A stretch of 64,000 nt of DNA. Source: Eledone cirrhosa (taxonomy: Eukaryota). The position numbers were made by a program, and so were the translations under genes. The DNA is taken from assembly GCA_964016885.1 (NCBI GenBank), contig OZ024756.1, positions 28,396,001 through 28,460,000 on the forward strand, written 5' to 3'. Shown in pieces: positions 31,934 to 45,763 of this stretch (position 1 is the stretch's first letter; the number at the start of each line of letters is the position of its first letter). The notes under the pieces are model-generated. The model was not told the DNA's origin and did not search any database. It was given only the letters and a program-made list of their open reading frames with translations.

Positions 31934-32070
31934 TTTTATAACAGGCTGAATGAGTTGGGGTATATAACCCAATAAAACTTAAATACCTGTATATATCACT
32001 GTTGTAACTTAACTCATCCTATGGATTGAGTCTTCTTACCCTTGGATATTTCTATCAAACGTTTAATACA

Positions 32071-32132
<62 letters not shown>

Positions 32133-32434
32133 ACACACACATATATATACATATATACATACATATAATTGTCTCTACTTTTGGCACCAGGCCAGCAATT
32201 ATCCCAGTGTATTACTGGTATTTTATTTTATCGACATCGTAAGGATGAAAGGCAAAGTTAACTTCGGCGGGATTTGAACTCAGATCATAAAGGGAGGTAG
32301 CTCTATGCTTCAAAGCATGGCGCCCGACCCTCTACCAATACTGCCAATCATTTATATGTAAAGTGTCCCAAAAACGTATACACACTTCAACAGCAGATAA
32401 CTCAAATGTATATACATTTTTTGGAACACCCTGT

Positions 32435-32464
32435 GTGTGTGTATATATGTATACACACACACAC

Positions 32465-32496
<32 letters not shown>

Positions 32497-32531
32497 ATAC
32501 ATATATATATATACATATATATATATATACC

Positions 32532-32593
<62 letters not shown>

Positions 32594-32640
32594 CATATAT
32601 ATATACATATATATATATACATACATATATATATACATAC

Positions 32641-32687
<47 letters not shown>

Positions 32688-32706
32688 CATATATATATAT
32701 ACATAC

Positions 32707-32753
<47 letters not shown>

Positions 32754-32906
32754 CATATATATATATACACATATATATATACACATACATATATATATAT
32801 ATACATATATATATACACATACATATATATATATATACATATATATATACATACATATATATATACACATACATATATATATATATACATATATATATAC
32901 ACATAC

Positions 32907-32939
<33 letters not shown>

Positions 32940-32946
32940 CACATAC

Positions 32947-32993
<47 letters not shown>

Positions 32994-33000
32994 CACATAC

Positions 33001-33031
<31 letters not shown>

Positions 33032-33073
33032 CATACATATATACATATATATATATACATACATATATACATA

Positions 33074-33105
<32 letters not shown>

Positions 33106-33676
33106 CATACATATATATATACACATACATATATATATACATATATATATACATATATATATACATATATATATATATACATACATATATACATATATAT
33201 ATACATATATATATATATACATATATACATATGTGACTTTTTAGTCCAGCCAGCGACTTGAAAACTCTGGTACAAACACTACACCTGTGACAATTATTGA
33301 CACATAGTGCTGGGCCATGGTACCATGTGATGACAAGTGCAGAGAGATCTCCAGATATAAAGCAATGCCTGTGCCGTGAAGCTTTTATAGTGAGCAAAGG
33401 CACTGCACAAAGCCAGTCCCACTCTCTTAACCAAGATGATATTTACCAAAAAGAAGAACAAGTCAACATCATTGGATACCATCAGGGTTGCAGGTGTTAT
33501 ATCAGAGTTTTCCTTCTCCTAGAATTCTGCCTTGACAAAGGCTAAGGGGTCATCTCTCCCGGTGATTTTGGATGGCCATTGACTCTTAAGAGCTCCTTTG
33601 CCCTTTGATATATATATACATACATATATATATACATACATGATATATATATATACATACATATATATATACATAC

Positions 33677-33713
<37 letters not shown>

Positions 33714-33718
33714 CATAC

Positions 33719-33763
<45 letters not shown>

Positions 33764-33884
33764 CATATATATATATACATATATATATATATACATATAT
33801 ATATACATACATATATATATATACATATATATATATACATATATATATATATACATATATATATACATACATATATATATATAC

Positions 33885-33931
<47 letters not shown>

Positions 33932-33946
33932 CATATATATATATAC

Positions 33947-33997
<51 letters not shown>

Positions 33998-34075
33998 CAT
34001 ATATATATATACATATATATACATACATATATATATACATACATATATATATACATACATATATATATACATACA

Positions 34076-34116
<41 letters not shown>

Positions 34117-34254
34117 ATATACATACATATATATATATACATATATATATACATACATATATATATACATACATATATATATATATATATATACATACAT
34201 ACATATATATATATATATACATACATACATATATATATATATATACATACATAC

Positions 34255-34345
<91 letters not shown>

Positions 34346-34457
34346 CATATATACATACATACATACATATATATATATATACATACATACATATATACAT
34401 ACATATATACATACATACATATATACATACATACATACATATATATATAATATATAC

Positions 34458-34546
<89 letters not shown>

Positions 34547-34678
34547 CATATATATATTATATATATATATACATATATACATACATATATATATATATAT
34601 ACATATATACATACATATATATATATATATACATATATACATACATATATATACATATATATATATACATATATATAC

Positions 34679-34717
<39 letters not shown>

Positions 34718-34850
34718 CACATATATATATATATATATATACACATATATATATATATATATATACACATATATATATATATATATACACATATATATAT
34801 ATACACATATATATATATATATATATACACATATATATATATATATACAC

Positions 34851-34881
<31 letters not shown>

Positions 34882-34976
34882 TATATATATATATACACAT
34901 ATATATATATATATATATACACATATATATATATATATATACACATATATATATATATATATATACACATATATAT

Positions 34977-35023
<47 letters not shown>

Positions 35024-35037
35024 CATATATACATACA

Positions 35038-35071
<34 letters not shown>

Positions 35072-35168
35072 CATACATACATATATACATACATACATAT
35101 ATACATACATACATACATATATACATACATACATATATACATACATACATACATATATACATACATAT

Positions 35169-35261
<93 letters not shown>

Positions 35262-35529
35262 TACATATATATATATATATATATATCATTACTTATTTAA
35301 CTTGGGAATAATTCCATTCCATTACCAGAATTGGTGTTTTAGAAGTAAACAATAGGAATCAATATTTACTGGCTATGTCTATCATGGTTTCCAGACAACA
35401 AAGGTAATATATTTAATGGAAAGTCAATATGAATTATTCATGTACCCATGTTCCTTATTATTGACATGTGTCATCAAATGAGTATACATGTGTGGTGTGG
35501 CTGAATGGCTGAATAATTTATTGTGTATG

Positions 35530-35561
<32 letters not shown>

Positions 35562-35616
35562 TATACATATATATATATACACACACATATATATATATAT
35601 ACCCATACACACACAT

Positions 35617-35669
<53 letters not shown>

Positions 35670-35768
35670 TATATACACACACACATCCATATATATATAC
35701 CCACACACACACATCCATATATATATATATACACACACATATATATATATATACCCATACACACACAT

Positions 35769-35839
<71 letters not shown>

Positions 35840-35928
35840 TCCATATATATATATATATATACACACATATATATATACACACACACACACACACATCCAT
35901 ATATATATATACCCATACACACACATCC

Positions 35929-35991
<63 letters not shown>

Positions 35992-36076
35992 TCCATATAT
36001 ATATATATATATACACACATATATATATACACACACACACACACACATCCATATATATATACCCATACACACACAT

Positions 36077-36155
<79 letters not shown>

Positions 36156-36188
36156 TATATACACACACACACACACACACATATATAT

Positions 36189-36251
<63 letters not shown>

Positions 36252-36260
36252 TATACATAC
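32435..36260. repeat. Large (TA)n/(TACA)n/(CA)n arrays (32435-33235, 33608-35285, 35525-36260)
   Basis: Directly visible. Confidence 0.97.
33235..33600 (-). mobile_element. Decayed non-LTR retrotransposon C-terminus with a C2H2-like motif, isolated between TA arrays
   Basis: [17 protein letters not shown]; no splice sites or long ORF. Confidence 0.4.
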
Positions 36261-36901
36261 TTTTATATATTTCACCATTATCATTATCATTTAACATCCG
36301 TTTATCATGTATGTATATACATACATGATAAACGGATGTTTAATAATAAGGATAATGCATGCATGCATACATACATATAGGTAGGTATGTATATAGGTAT
36401 ATATATGTGTATACATGTATGTGTATATGTGTGTATGTATGCAGGCATTAGATGTATCTGAGGTATGTACTTCTATATATGTATGCGTAGATATGTGTGT
36501 ATATATGTATGTGTATGTCTAGAGGTGTGTGTTTGTGAAATACTTGTACAGTGTATGTGTGTGTATGTATAAGTACATCTGAGTGTGTGTGTGTGTAGTT
36601 GTGGCTGTGTTTCTTTGTGTGTGTATGTGTGTGTGTTATTGTATGTGTCTGAAGCACTTATGCAGTGTATATGTGCATGTGCGTATGTCTATGTATAAGG
36701 CTGTTTGTGTATGTGTCTGAAGTACTTAATCTGTGTATATGCATGTGTTAATACCTGTGTGTGTGTGTTGTCTGTGATTGGCTATCTTTGTATATGTGTC
36801 TGTGTGTGTGTGTTATTGCCTATCTGTCTGTGGTTGTTTGTCTGTGTGTATGTGTCTGTGATTATGTATGTGTGTCAGAGCATGTAATAAAAAATGAGAC
36901 A

Positions 36902-36955
<54 letters not shown>

Positions 36956-37359
36956 TTTTGCCTTCTCATCATTATGATATCCACATAAATATATTAATTA
37001 GGCTGTATGTGAGAAGTCATTTTAATAATGGACATATGAAACTGTAGTAATAAAGAAACCTCCACAGCCGCCACCACCACCACCACCACAACCACAACCA
37101 CCATCACCACCACAGCCACCATCATCACTGTTAAGTTTTGTTCCAAACACCAGCTTAATACCGAGAAAATTTGTTATTTTCCTAACTCTTTCCAAATTCT
37201 TGATTATTTCCAAACTATAGGCAGAGTCTTTCATTAGAAATATGGAAATGAAAGGGTTAATTTTTGGCAAAAATGTAATTTGGATTTTTTCACAATTTGA
37301 TTAGCACAAAGACTGCTTCACCACACAGCAAACAAAGAAAGTTATTTTTTGCACACTTA

Positions 37360-37775
37360 TTCCTTAGAAGGTTGTGGTGGCAGAGTCCTCAAACACTCCT
37401 TCCAGTGGGTCCGGTCAAAAGCAACTGTCTCAAACTGATCTGGCTGGATCCCCAAGAGAGACCAGCGAATCTCATGGATGTTGTCCAACCATCTTACTCA
37501 GGGTCTACTCCTGGGTCTCCTGTCAGCTGGTTTTGCCCGTAAAATCTGACCAGTGATTCTTTCCTGAGACATTCTAACCACATGCCTGTAATATCATAGC
37601 TGCGATCTCTCAATTCAGAGAAGTAGCAGCTCTACCTGGTGTGACTCTCTGATCTCCCAGGTAAGCACTCTATCGAGTAACATTACTCCAAAGATCCTTC
37701 AGAGGAACCCCATTTCAGCCGCTTGTGTTCGTGATCGTATTCTTTCGGTCATTATCCAAGATTCATGACCATAAA
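37360..37775 (-). mobile_element. Decayed Expander/Rex3-like RTE LINE 3' fragment (related pieces at ~13135-13460 +, ~50545-50590 +, ~61965-62145 -)
   Basis: Conceptual translation YGHESWIMTERIRSRTQAAEMGFL*RIFG...IERSQL*YYRHVVRM...RP*VRWLD, with several in-frame stops. Confidence 0.8.
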
Positions 37776-37934
37776 CTGGCATAATGCAGTGTCTCTAAAT
37801 AAAGCAGTAATCTCGTTTAGTATTCTTTTTAGAGTTTTCCCTTGACTTGACTATGAATTCGTCACATCTTTCTAAAAGATCTGATTACTTGCAGTAACTG
37901 AATGTTCTGTTGGGAGTTGAGAACGTAATTGTAA

Positions 37935-37980
<46 letters not shown>

Positions 37981-38520
37981 TCCCATGATATATATATATA
38001 TATATATATATCATCCCATGATATATATATATATATATATCATCCCATGATGATATTTGTTTTTGAAATGCGCATAATAAAATACATGGAACTCTTTTAA
38101 CCATCTTTTGATTTTATATTATATATATATAAGAGAGTATTGAAGTTTGCTTGAAGCATAGTGGAATAATAAGATTTATTTATTTTGGTCGTTTTGGAAG
38201 CCTCAACAATGCAGATGGGTAAATCTCGAATAACAGAATCCGGTGGTGAAGAGAAAGATGTAAGGGAATGTAGAATGAGATGTATAGTGTGTAGAGGAAC
38301 GTAGGAAAGAGCGTAAAAAAATAAAAATAATAACACGAGATAGAGTTACCTTGGGAGAGATTTAATTGTCCCTATATTTCGGATTCACATCCATAAACTG
38401 GGGGGTTTTCTGGGGGGGAAAAGTTATCTGTCAGAGAGGAACAGTACGTGTCCTCTGCTGTCCGCTGTTTGTATTTTAAAGAGCTCAGGATTCCTTTTCC
38501 TTTGATCACATAATTTATCG

Positions 38521-38580
<60 letters not shown>

Positions 38581-38584
<4 letters not shown>

Positions 38585-38927
38585 AAGGTATATATTGAGT
38601 TAGAAACTCAAAATAGTCTCTTACAATTAAATATCTCAAGGAAAGAAATTTTTCGGGGCCGTGTAATATAATTGAATATAAAAGAGAGATAAACACAGAT
38701 ATATACATATATGTGTTCAAATCGTAAGGGACCAGATTCGCTAGGGTGAAAAAAATACTAACTATGAACAATAGGGTATTTTTTTTTCTTAATTTATTCT
38801 TTTAAATTGAGTCTGGCAAACCCTATTGTTCATAGTATTTTTTCACCCTAGCGAATCTGGTCCCTTACGATTTGAACACATATATGTATATATCTCTGTT
38901 TATCTCTCTTTTATATTCAATTATATA
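38581..38927. repeat. Fold-back element (~110-bp arms) plus tail, between (TA)n tracts
   Basis: Arms ~38665-38777/38820-38927. Confidence 0.88.
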
Positions 38928-38954
38928 TATATATATATACATATATATATGTAC

Positions 38955-39277
38955 CCCCCACGGGTACAAGCCGAAGCTGAAGCATATAAACAATATGCCC
39001 CCACACCCTCCCACTGCAAAGCGGTCGTGGAGGTGCCACAGCACCCAGCCCACACTGTAAAGTGGACGTGTAAGCGCCCCGGAAAAAAGCACCCAGCACT
39101 CACTGTAAATGAGGTTGGTGTTAGGAAGGGCATCCATCCAGCTGTAGAAATCAAGCCAGAATCAGTTCCCATATGAGCAAGGCATGTTCAGCCGACCGGA
39201 CATTGCCCACAACAGGACAACCCATCTAACCCATGCTAGCATGGAACAATGGACATAAAATGGTGATGATGATGATA
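38955..39277 (+). mobile_element. RTE-type 3'UTR/SINE tail repeat (also ~5085-5240, 10250-10420, 11560-11700, 13680-13990, 23475-23745, 25357-25840, 29680-29840)
   Basis: TTGGTGTTAGGAAGGGCATCCA...CCCATGCTAGC(A/G)TGGAA...(ATG)n. Confidence 0.85.
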
Positions 39278-40449
39278 TGCATTTGATACATATAATAAGA
39301 AAGATAGTTTTATTCGGACTGAAATATGAGTGCACACTCACTGACAAACACAGAAAGACACATTGTCATCATCATTTTACATCTGTTTTGCATAGCAGCA
39401 TGGATTGGATCTGTTGTCGTGGCCCGAGACTAGAAAAGTTAGATGTTTACACTTTGCTCAAATGTTGCACACTAGCATAGTTTCTACAGCTTTTTCCTAA
39501 TGCCACCCAACTCACATTTTGCATCATACACATGGGCCTTTGGGGACCAATAAAGAAGGGATTGTTGTTATTATAATAAGGGCGGTGAATTGGCAGTGGT
39601 ATTGGTAGACTGTCAGACACCATGCTTTGCAGCATAGAGTTACAGCCCTTTACGTTCTGAATTCAAATCCCACTGAGGTTAACTTTGCCTTTCATCCTTA
39701 CGGGGTCAGTCGATAAAATAAAGCACCAGTAATACACTGGGGTAATACCTAGATGATGATGATTATGATGATGATGATGTTGTATATTTACCCCCCCCCC
39801 CCCGTAACATTTTGTGGCTAGATGCCAAAGTAGGAAGTAGCAATAGAGAATGTATTCAGCACAAAATATCTGCACTCTATTTCCTGTTTCCAATTGGAAC
39901 TACTTGACCTCCATTGAAGTTGCCAATACTCCGAGGGGTCGGGGTCGGTGGAGGGAGAACAGCTCAAATTTCACACTTTCCCATTTTAATTGCTCTACAA
40001 ATGTCAGCTTTTCATCACCACCACTATCACCACAACCACCACTATCACCACAACCACCACTATCACCACCACCACTATCACCACCGCCACCACCATCATC
40101 ATTTTTTTTCTGCTTGCTTTCTATTTTGGCAACAGTGGGACACGTTGTTATGGTTCCAGTCAGTTCTTATTTTGAGTTACTGACTTCCTAGATGGATCAA
40201 CAATCAGGTAATGGTCATATGTTCCAGATTTCTGTGACTGGATGCCCTTCCTAACATCCTTTCAGTCCCTCATTCTTTCATTCCTCCATCCTTTCATTAC
40301 CTCATCCTCCCATCCTTTCGTTCTCTCATTCTTTCATTCCTCCCATCCTTTCATTCTCTTATCCTTTCATTTCCTCATTCCATAATTCTATAAATCTCAC
40401 AATCAGTGTGTTTAAAACTTCTTACTTCTTATGGAATATTGATAAATGT

Positions 40450-41210
40450 AGTGGTAGTGTTAATAGTGGTTGTGGTAATGATGGTGGTAGTAGTAGTGGC
40501 TGTGGTGGTGGTAGTAGGTGTAATTGTGGTAGTGGCAGTGGTGGTGGTAGTAGGTGTAATTGTGGTAGTGGCAGTGGTGGTGGTAGTAGGTGTAATTGTG
40601 ATAGTGGCAATGGTAATAGTGGTGGTGGTGGTGGTAGTAGGTGTAATTGTGGTAGTGGTAGAAATAACAGTAACATCAGTACCAGCACCACCACCACCAC
40701 CATCACCAACAGCAATAAACAAAAAAATCAAAAATTATGTTGTGGGGGTGGGGTAGGGTTACTACAACCAGCTGTGCCTTTCTACCCCCTCCTGGGACTA
40801 AGATCAGCATTATTGCCTCATGGTATGGATCAAATCAATAATTGCATTGAACAGAGTTAAAAGAAGATGAAGAAGAAGAAAAAGAAAACGAAGAAGAAGA
40901 AAAAGAAGAAGAAACCCTTTTCCTTTAATTTATTCTATGCTGATTCCTACCAATAACACCCCCACCACCATCACCGCCACTACAACCACCACCACCCCCA
41001 CTACCATCATCACCCCACCACCACCACTACCATCAACACCACCACCAGTAATATCACCACCACCACTACAACCACCACCACCCCACCCCCACCACTACCA
41101 TCAACACCACCACCAGTAATATCACCACCATCACCCCCACCACCACCACTACCATCAACAACACCACCAGTACTACCACCACCACGACTACCACCATCAC
41201 CACCACCTCA
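40450..41210. repeat. (GGT)n-rich 33-bp repeats (40450-40670) and (CCA)n-rich tracts (40680-40710, 40955-41210)
   Basis: Low-complexity trinucleotide-derived repeats in opposite orientations. Confidence 0.9.
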
Positions 41211-41552
41211 GGATCCACAAATTTTGTGTATTTTGTAATATTTCATTTTCAACAATATTTTCCCCCTCCATTAATCTCAACCATTAATTTTTAGGTATTT
41301 TTAAATATATTTTTTAATGTAATTTAATATAGTTTTATATAGATTTTTATTATGTATTTTTAAATATATTTTTTATATCATATAATATAGTTTTATATAT
41401 ATCTTATATAGATTTTTATTATGTATTTATATATATATATGTATTTATATATGTGTGTGTGTGTGTGTGCCTCCCGGATTTAATCGGGGTTAACCACAGT
41501 AAGTAAGGTACTCAATACATAATAGAGTTTATACAATATTCAATATAAAAAT

Positions 41553-41604
41553 GGCTTCTACAGGACTAGAACTGTTTCATTCAAAGGAAATCATCAGGAA
41601 AACC
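41553..41604 (-). ncRNA. Hammerhead-like motif in a repeat family with copies at ~41470-41625, 47940-48090, 51838-51970, 53260-53365, 56655-56790
   Basis: GGTTTTC-CTGATGA-TTTCCTTTGAAT-GAAA-CAG..CTG-TA-GAAGCC. Stem II is imperfect. Confidence 0.6.
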
Positions 41605-44029
41605 CGGATGATTTCTCAATGATTTTCCGCCGAGGTTAACTTTGCCTTTCATTCTTACAGGGTCGATAAAATAAAGTACCAGTAATGCACTGGGATAATT
41701 TCTGGCCTTGTGCCAATAGTAGAAACAATTATTTATATATATATATATATATATGAGTACATTTTTATATATTTTTCCATATGTATTTTTATATTTAAAA
41801 CAAATATATAGTTTATCATTTTTTTTTTGCTCCTTTTCAATTTTTTCTTGATTGTCACTTAAACACATTCCCTTATCACTTTTCTAAAGCTTCAAAGGAT
41901 AAAGTATTACTCACTCACACACCCTTACTATCACACACACATACATACACATACACACTCACGTATACAAATACACATGCATACACACACATACACAAAC
42001 ACTAATACTCACATATATACCAACACACGGATATACAAACACATGCACAAATACACATGCATACACACACACTCACATATACAAATACACACACACATAC
42101 ATATATACAAACACACATGCACACACATACATATACAAACAGAAATACATACACATGCACACACATACAGACATACACACATACACACACTAGCTGTTAC
42201 CAAAGATAATATTTTGTTCCTTTAGTTTCAAAGCATTTCAAGAGTGGTGTGGTGGAGGTGGGGACCACAGGAGGGGACTCTTCTCCCCACCCTGCTAACT
42301 ATCTTTCCTTTATCACTCTCTATCCTTAACAACTATCATCTTTCATTAACTATCTTTCTTTCTTTCTTTCCTTCCTTCCTCAATCAACCTCTCTCTCTCA
42401 CTCCTCTCTATTTCCATCACCCCCCTCCCTTTTCCCTTACAGTTTCCTTGTAGCTGATGAAATGGGAGGCTTCCTGATAACACATTTATTCCACTTATTA
42501 TCATGAAGCCACCCACCCCACCACAATTCTCAAAGGAGATTTCAGCATACAATCTGTCATTAACAGATTCTATTCAATTTGTTGCATTAGCCTCTTCCAT
42601 ACATTCTGTCATTAACACTATTTAATGAATTTATTACCTTAGCCTTTTCCATAAATTCTGTCCTTAACACCATCTTCTGTATTTATTGCATTAGACTCTT
42701 CCATACATTTTGACATCAACACCATTTATTGAATTTATTGCCTTCGCCTCTTCCATATTTTCTCTCATTAGTCTTACTTTTTTTACAAGTTTCAGCCATT
42801 AGACCAGCGGCCATGCAGGGGCAACATCTTAACAGGATTTAGTTAATCACATGGAACACATTACTTATTTCATTAAGACTTTACTTATTTTATCGGTGCC
42901 TTTTTGTTAAACTGCTAAGTTACAAGACATAAAAACACACACCAGACATGGACATACACACTCAGAACAAAGAGAAGACACGAAGTAACAAAAGTAGTCA
43001 GTGAAGAGGTCACAGAATGTGTGACGAAAGAGCTTTGACAATTAACAACAGAGCAACCATCTGGTTATTAAACCAACTGCTGGAAAATAATAAGTGAAAC
43101 TGAACTTGTGCAAGTGTTTTTATTGGAAGCATGACGCTCCCAAAGTATGATAATAATAATAGCAATATTTCTACTTTTGGCACAAGACCAGCAATTACCC
43201 CAGTGCATTACTGGTACTTTCTTTTATCGGCCCTGTAGGGACGAAAGGCAAAGTTAACCTCGGTGGGATTTGAACTCAGAACGTAAAGGGCTATAACTAT
43301 GCTGCAAAACATGGTATCTGATGCTCTACCAATATTAATAATAATATATCATCATCATCATCATCGTTTAATGTCTATTACCTAATTAATGTGCCGCTAA
43401 GCATCAAGAGTCTTCTTCTGTCCATTCATCAACAACAACTGTCGATCTTGCCAGAATTGTTAAAATGTCAACATAAAAAAACCTTAAAACAAACAAAAGA
43501 ACAAAACCGAGAAAAATCAGAGCTCTGTGTTTTGGATTCAAATCATATTTGTCTTTCATCGATTTTGGGTGTTGGTGATAAAATAAAGTACGAGTTACAT
43601 ACTGGAGTTGATTTAATATTTCTATTAAAAAAAGCATCTTAACCCTTTAGCATTTAAACCAGCCATATCCAACCAGAATTCTCTCACATCTTTCTGTTCA
43701 AATACCTGTTAAGGTATCATTCTCAAATTAAATAATATCAAAATCTTGTACATTCAAATGTTATGTGAGATAATTGTGTGAAATAAAGTGTTTACGGTGA
43801 AAATACAATAGTATATATAGAGTAATGTAAATGTTATGTGAGATAATTATGTGAAATAAAGTGTTTACGGTGAAAATACAATAGTATATATAGAGTAATG
43901 TAAATGTTATGTGAGATAATTATGTGAAATAAAGTGCTTACGGTGAAAATATAATATATATATAGAGTAATGTAAATGCTAAAGGGCTAAATATGAATGA
44001 GATTTAAGAGAAGAACCAGAACTGTTCTT

Positions 44030-44190
44030 GGCAAACCAGATGGTGTGGGTGAAAAAGACCAGATGGTGTGGGTGAGAAAGACCAGATAGTGTGGACGAGA
44101 CAGACCAGACGGTATGAGTGAGAAAGACCAGATGTTAAGGGTCAGAATGACCTGATGGTGTGTCACCAAGACCAGATGGTACAGACCCAT
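44030..44190. repeat. Degenerate ~21-23-bp tandem repeat (AGACCAGATGGTGTGGGTGAGAA)
   Basis: About 7 imperfect copies. Confidence 0.8.
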
Positions 44191-44344
44191 GATTTTAGAG
44201 GGTTCCCTATTCACCTTAAATTCTAGTTCTATTATTCTGTCCAGTTACAAACATAATTGTAACCTAAACACAAATTATATGTATTTAGTACTGATTACTA
44301 AAATATCAGTACTAAATATTACTGATGACTAAAATATTGGTTAA

Positions 44345-44660
44345 TTGGCAGAGTCGTTAGAACGTTGGATAGAATGCTTTATGGTATTCGCTCCAGCTCT
44401 CCGAGTTCAAATCCCGCCGAGGTCAACTTTGCCTTTCTTCCTTTTGAGGTCGATAAAAAAAGTACCAGTCTCATACTGGGGTCAATTTTTCTTCCATATC
44501 TCATTCCCTCTCCCTCACTTTCTATCTTTCTCTGGAAGAAATCTGCTCTAGTCAGGCCTCGAGAGGTATGGGCTCTGCCAGGCTTAAAATGGCCAAGAAA
44601 TGCTGAATATCAATATGGCGTTCCTACGACTATCAGGAGTTACGGGACCATACATACATT
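44345..44660 (+). mobile_element. Long variant of SINE family 1 with a different 3' half (also ~15040-15390 - and ~25060-25350 -)
   Basis: Same head and core, then a CT-rich stretch and ...GTCAGGCC..GAGAGG..ATGGGCTCTGCCAGGCTTAAAATGGCCAAGAAATGC shared by three copies. Confidence 0.8.
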
Positions 44661-44774
44661 ATATTACATTACATTAACAAACATTTAACTGTAACCTATA
44701 TACAAATGATATGTATTCAGTACTGATTACTAAAATACCAATACTTAATGAAACAGTTTGGAATGGAGCCAACA

Positions 44775-45290
44775 TTTGACATCTGGCCTGGTTCTATTAC
44801 CATTTTGGTGGGTCGAAGACTATTTGACATCTGGCCTGGGTCCATTACCATCTTGATGGGTGGAAAACCATTTGACATTTGGCCTGGGTCCATTACCATC
44901 TTGGTGAGTGGGGAACTTTTTGACATCTGGCCTGGGTCCATTACCATCTTGGTGGGTGGGAAACTATTTGACATCTGGCCTGGGTCCATTACCATCTTGG
45001 TGAGTGGGGAACTTTTTGACATCTGGCCTGGGTCCATTACCATCTTGGTGGGTGGGAAACTATTTGATATCTGGCCTGGGTCCATTACCATCTTGGTGAG
45101 TGGGGAACTTTTTGACATCTGGCCTGGGTCCATTACCATCTTGGTGGGTGGGAAACTATTTGATATCTGGCCTGGGTCCATTACCATCTTGGTGAGTGGG
45201 GAACTTTTTGACATCTGGCCTGGGTCCATTACCATCTTGGTGGGTGGGGAACTATTTGACATCTGGCCTGGGTCCATTACCATCTTGGTG
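44775..45290. repeat. 48-bp minisatellite, ~11 copies, alternating variants
   Basis: TTTGACATCTGGCCTGGGTCCATTACCATCTTGGTG(G/A)GTGGG(A/G)AACT(A/T). Confidence 0.97.
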
Positions 45291-45661
45291 CGTGTGTGTG
45301 TGGGGTGTAGGTATATTTCACAGTTGGTCAGGGTCTATAACTAGCTTTGAGAGCCTACATTTCAGATCTGGCTAGGGCCTATTGCCAGGTTTGCACAGCC
45401 CTGGTACCTAGTCTAAACAACACACTTCACACAAACTCTCGCTCTCTTTCTTTCTAATAAGTAACACTTTCTTTTTCCTTTTCATTTACACACACACAGA
45501 CAGACACACAAATATAAACACACATAAAGCAACAGCAATAGTTTGTACATTAACACAAGAACAGCAGCAAACAGTTATAACTAAATAAACACCACAAACA
45601 AACATACATATGTACTTATATGAACCACATATTTAAATTCAGCTTTGTGTACCAATCCTTA

Positions 45662-45693
<32 letters not shown>

Positions 45694-45714
45694 CATATAT
45701 ATATATACACACAC

Positions 45715-45763
<49 letters not shown>

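Noticed and set aside
38351-38398. Minus-strand exon-like segment (CCCCAG|...AAG|GTAACT)
   Set aside because: Stops in all three frames; it lies among repeat-like sequence.
39825-39965. H/ACA snoRNA (also 45301-45420)
   Set aside because: Two hairpins and a downstream ACA are present, but there is no ANANNA hinge box or clear pseudouridylation pockets.
40406-40860. Gly/Cys-, Val- or Thr-rich ORFs
   Set aside because: Products of GGT/ACC trinucleotide-derived repeats, open in several frames.
44775-45290. CRISPR array (also 63300-63808)
   Set aside because: Head-to-tail repeats without unique spacers, no cas genes, eukaryotic context.
44717-45344. Repetitive ORFs MVMDPGQMS.../FDIWPGSITIL... 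as a reflectin-like or other protein
   Set aside because: The 48-bp unit is a multiple of 3, so frames stay open on both strands. There is no reflectin MD(X)5MD spacing or Tyr/Arg richness, and no supporting splice structure.
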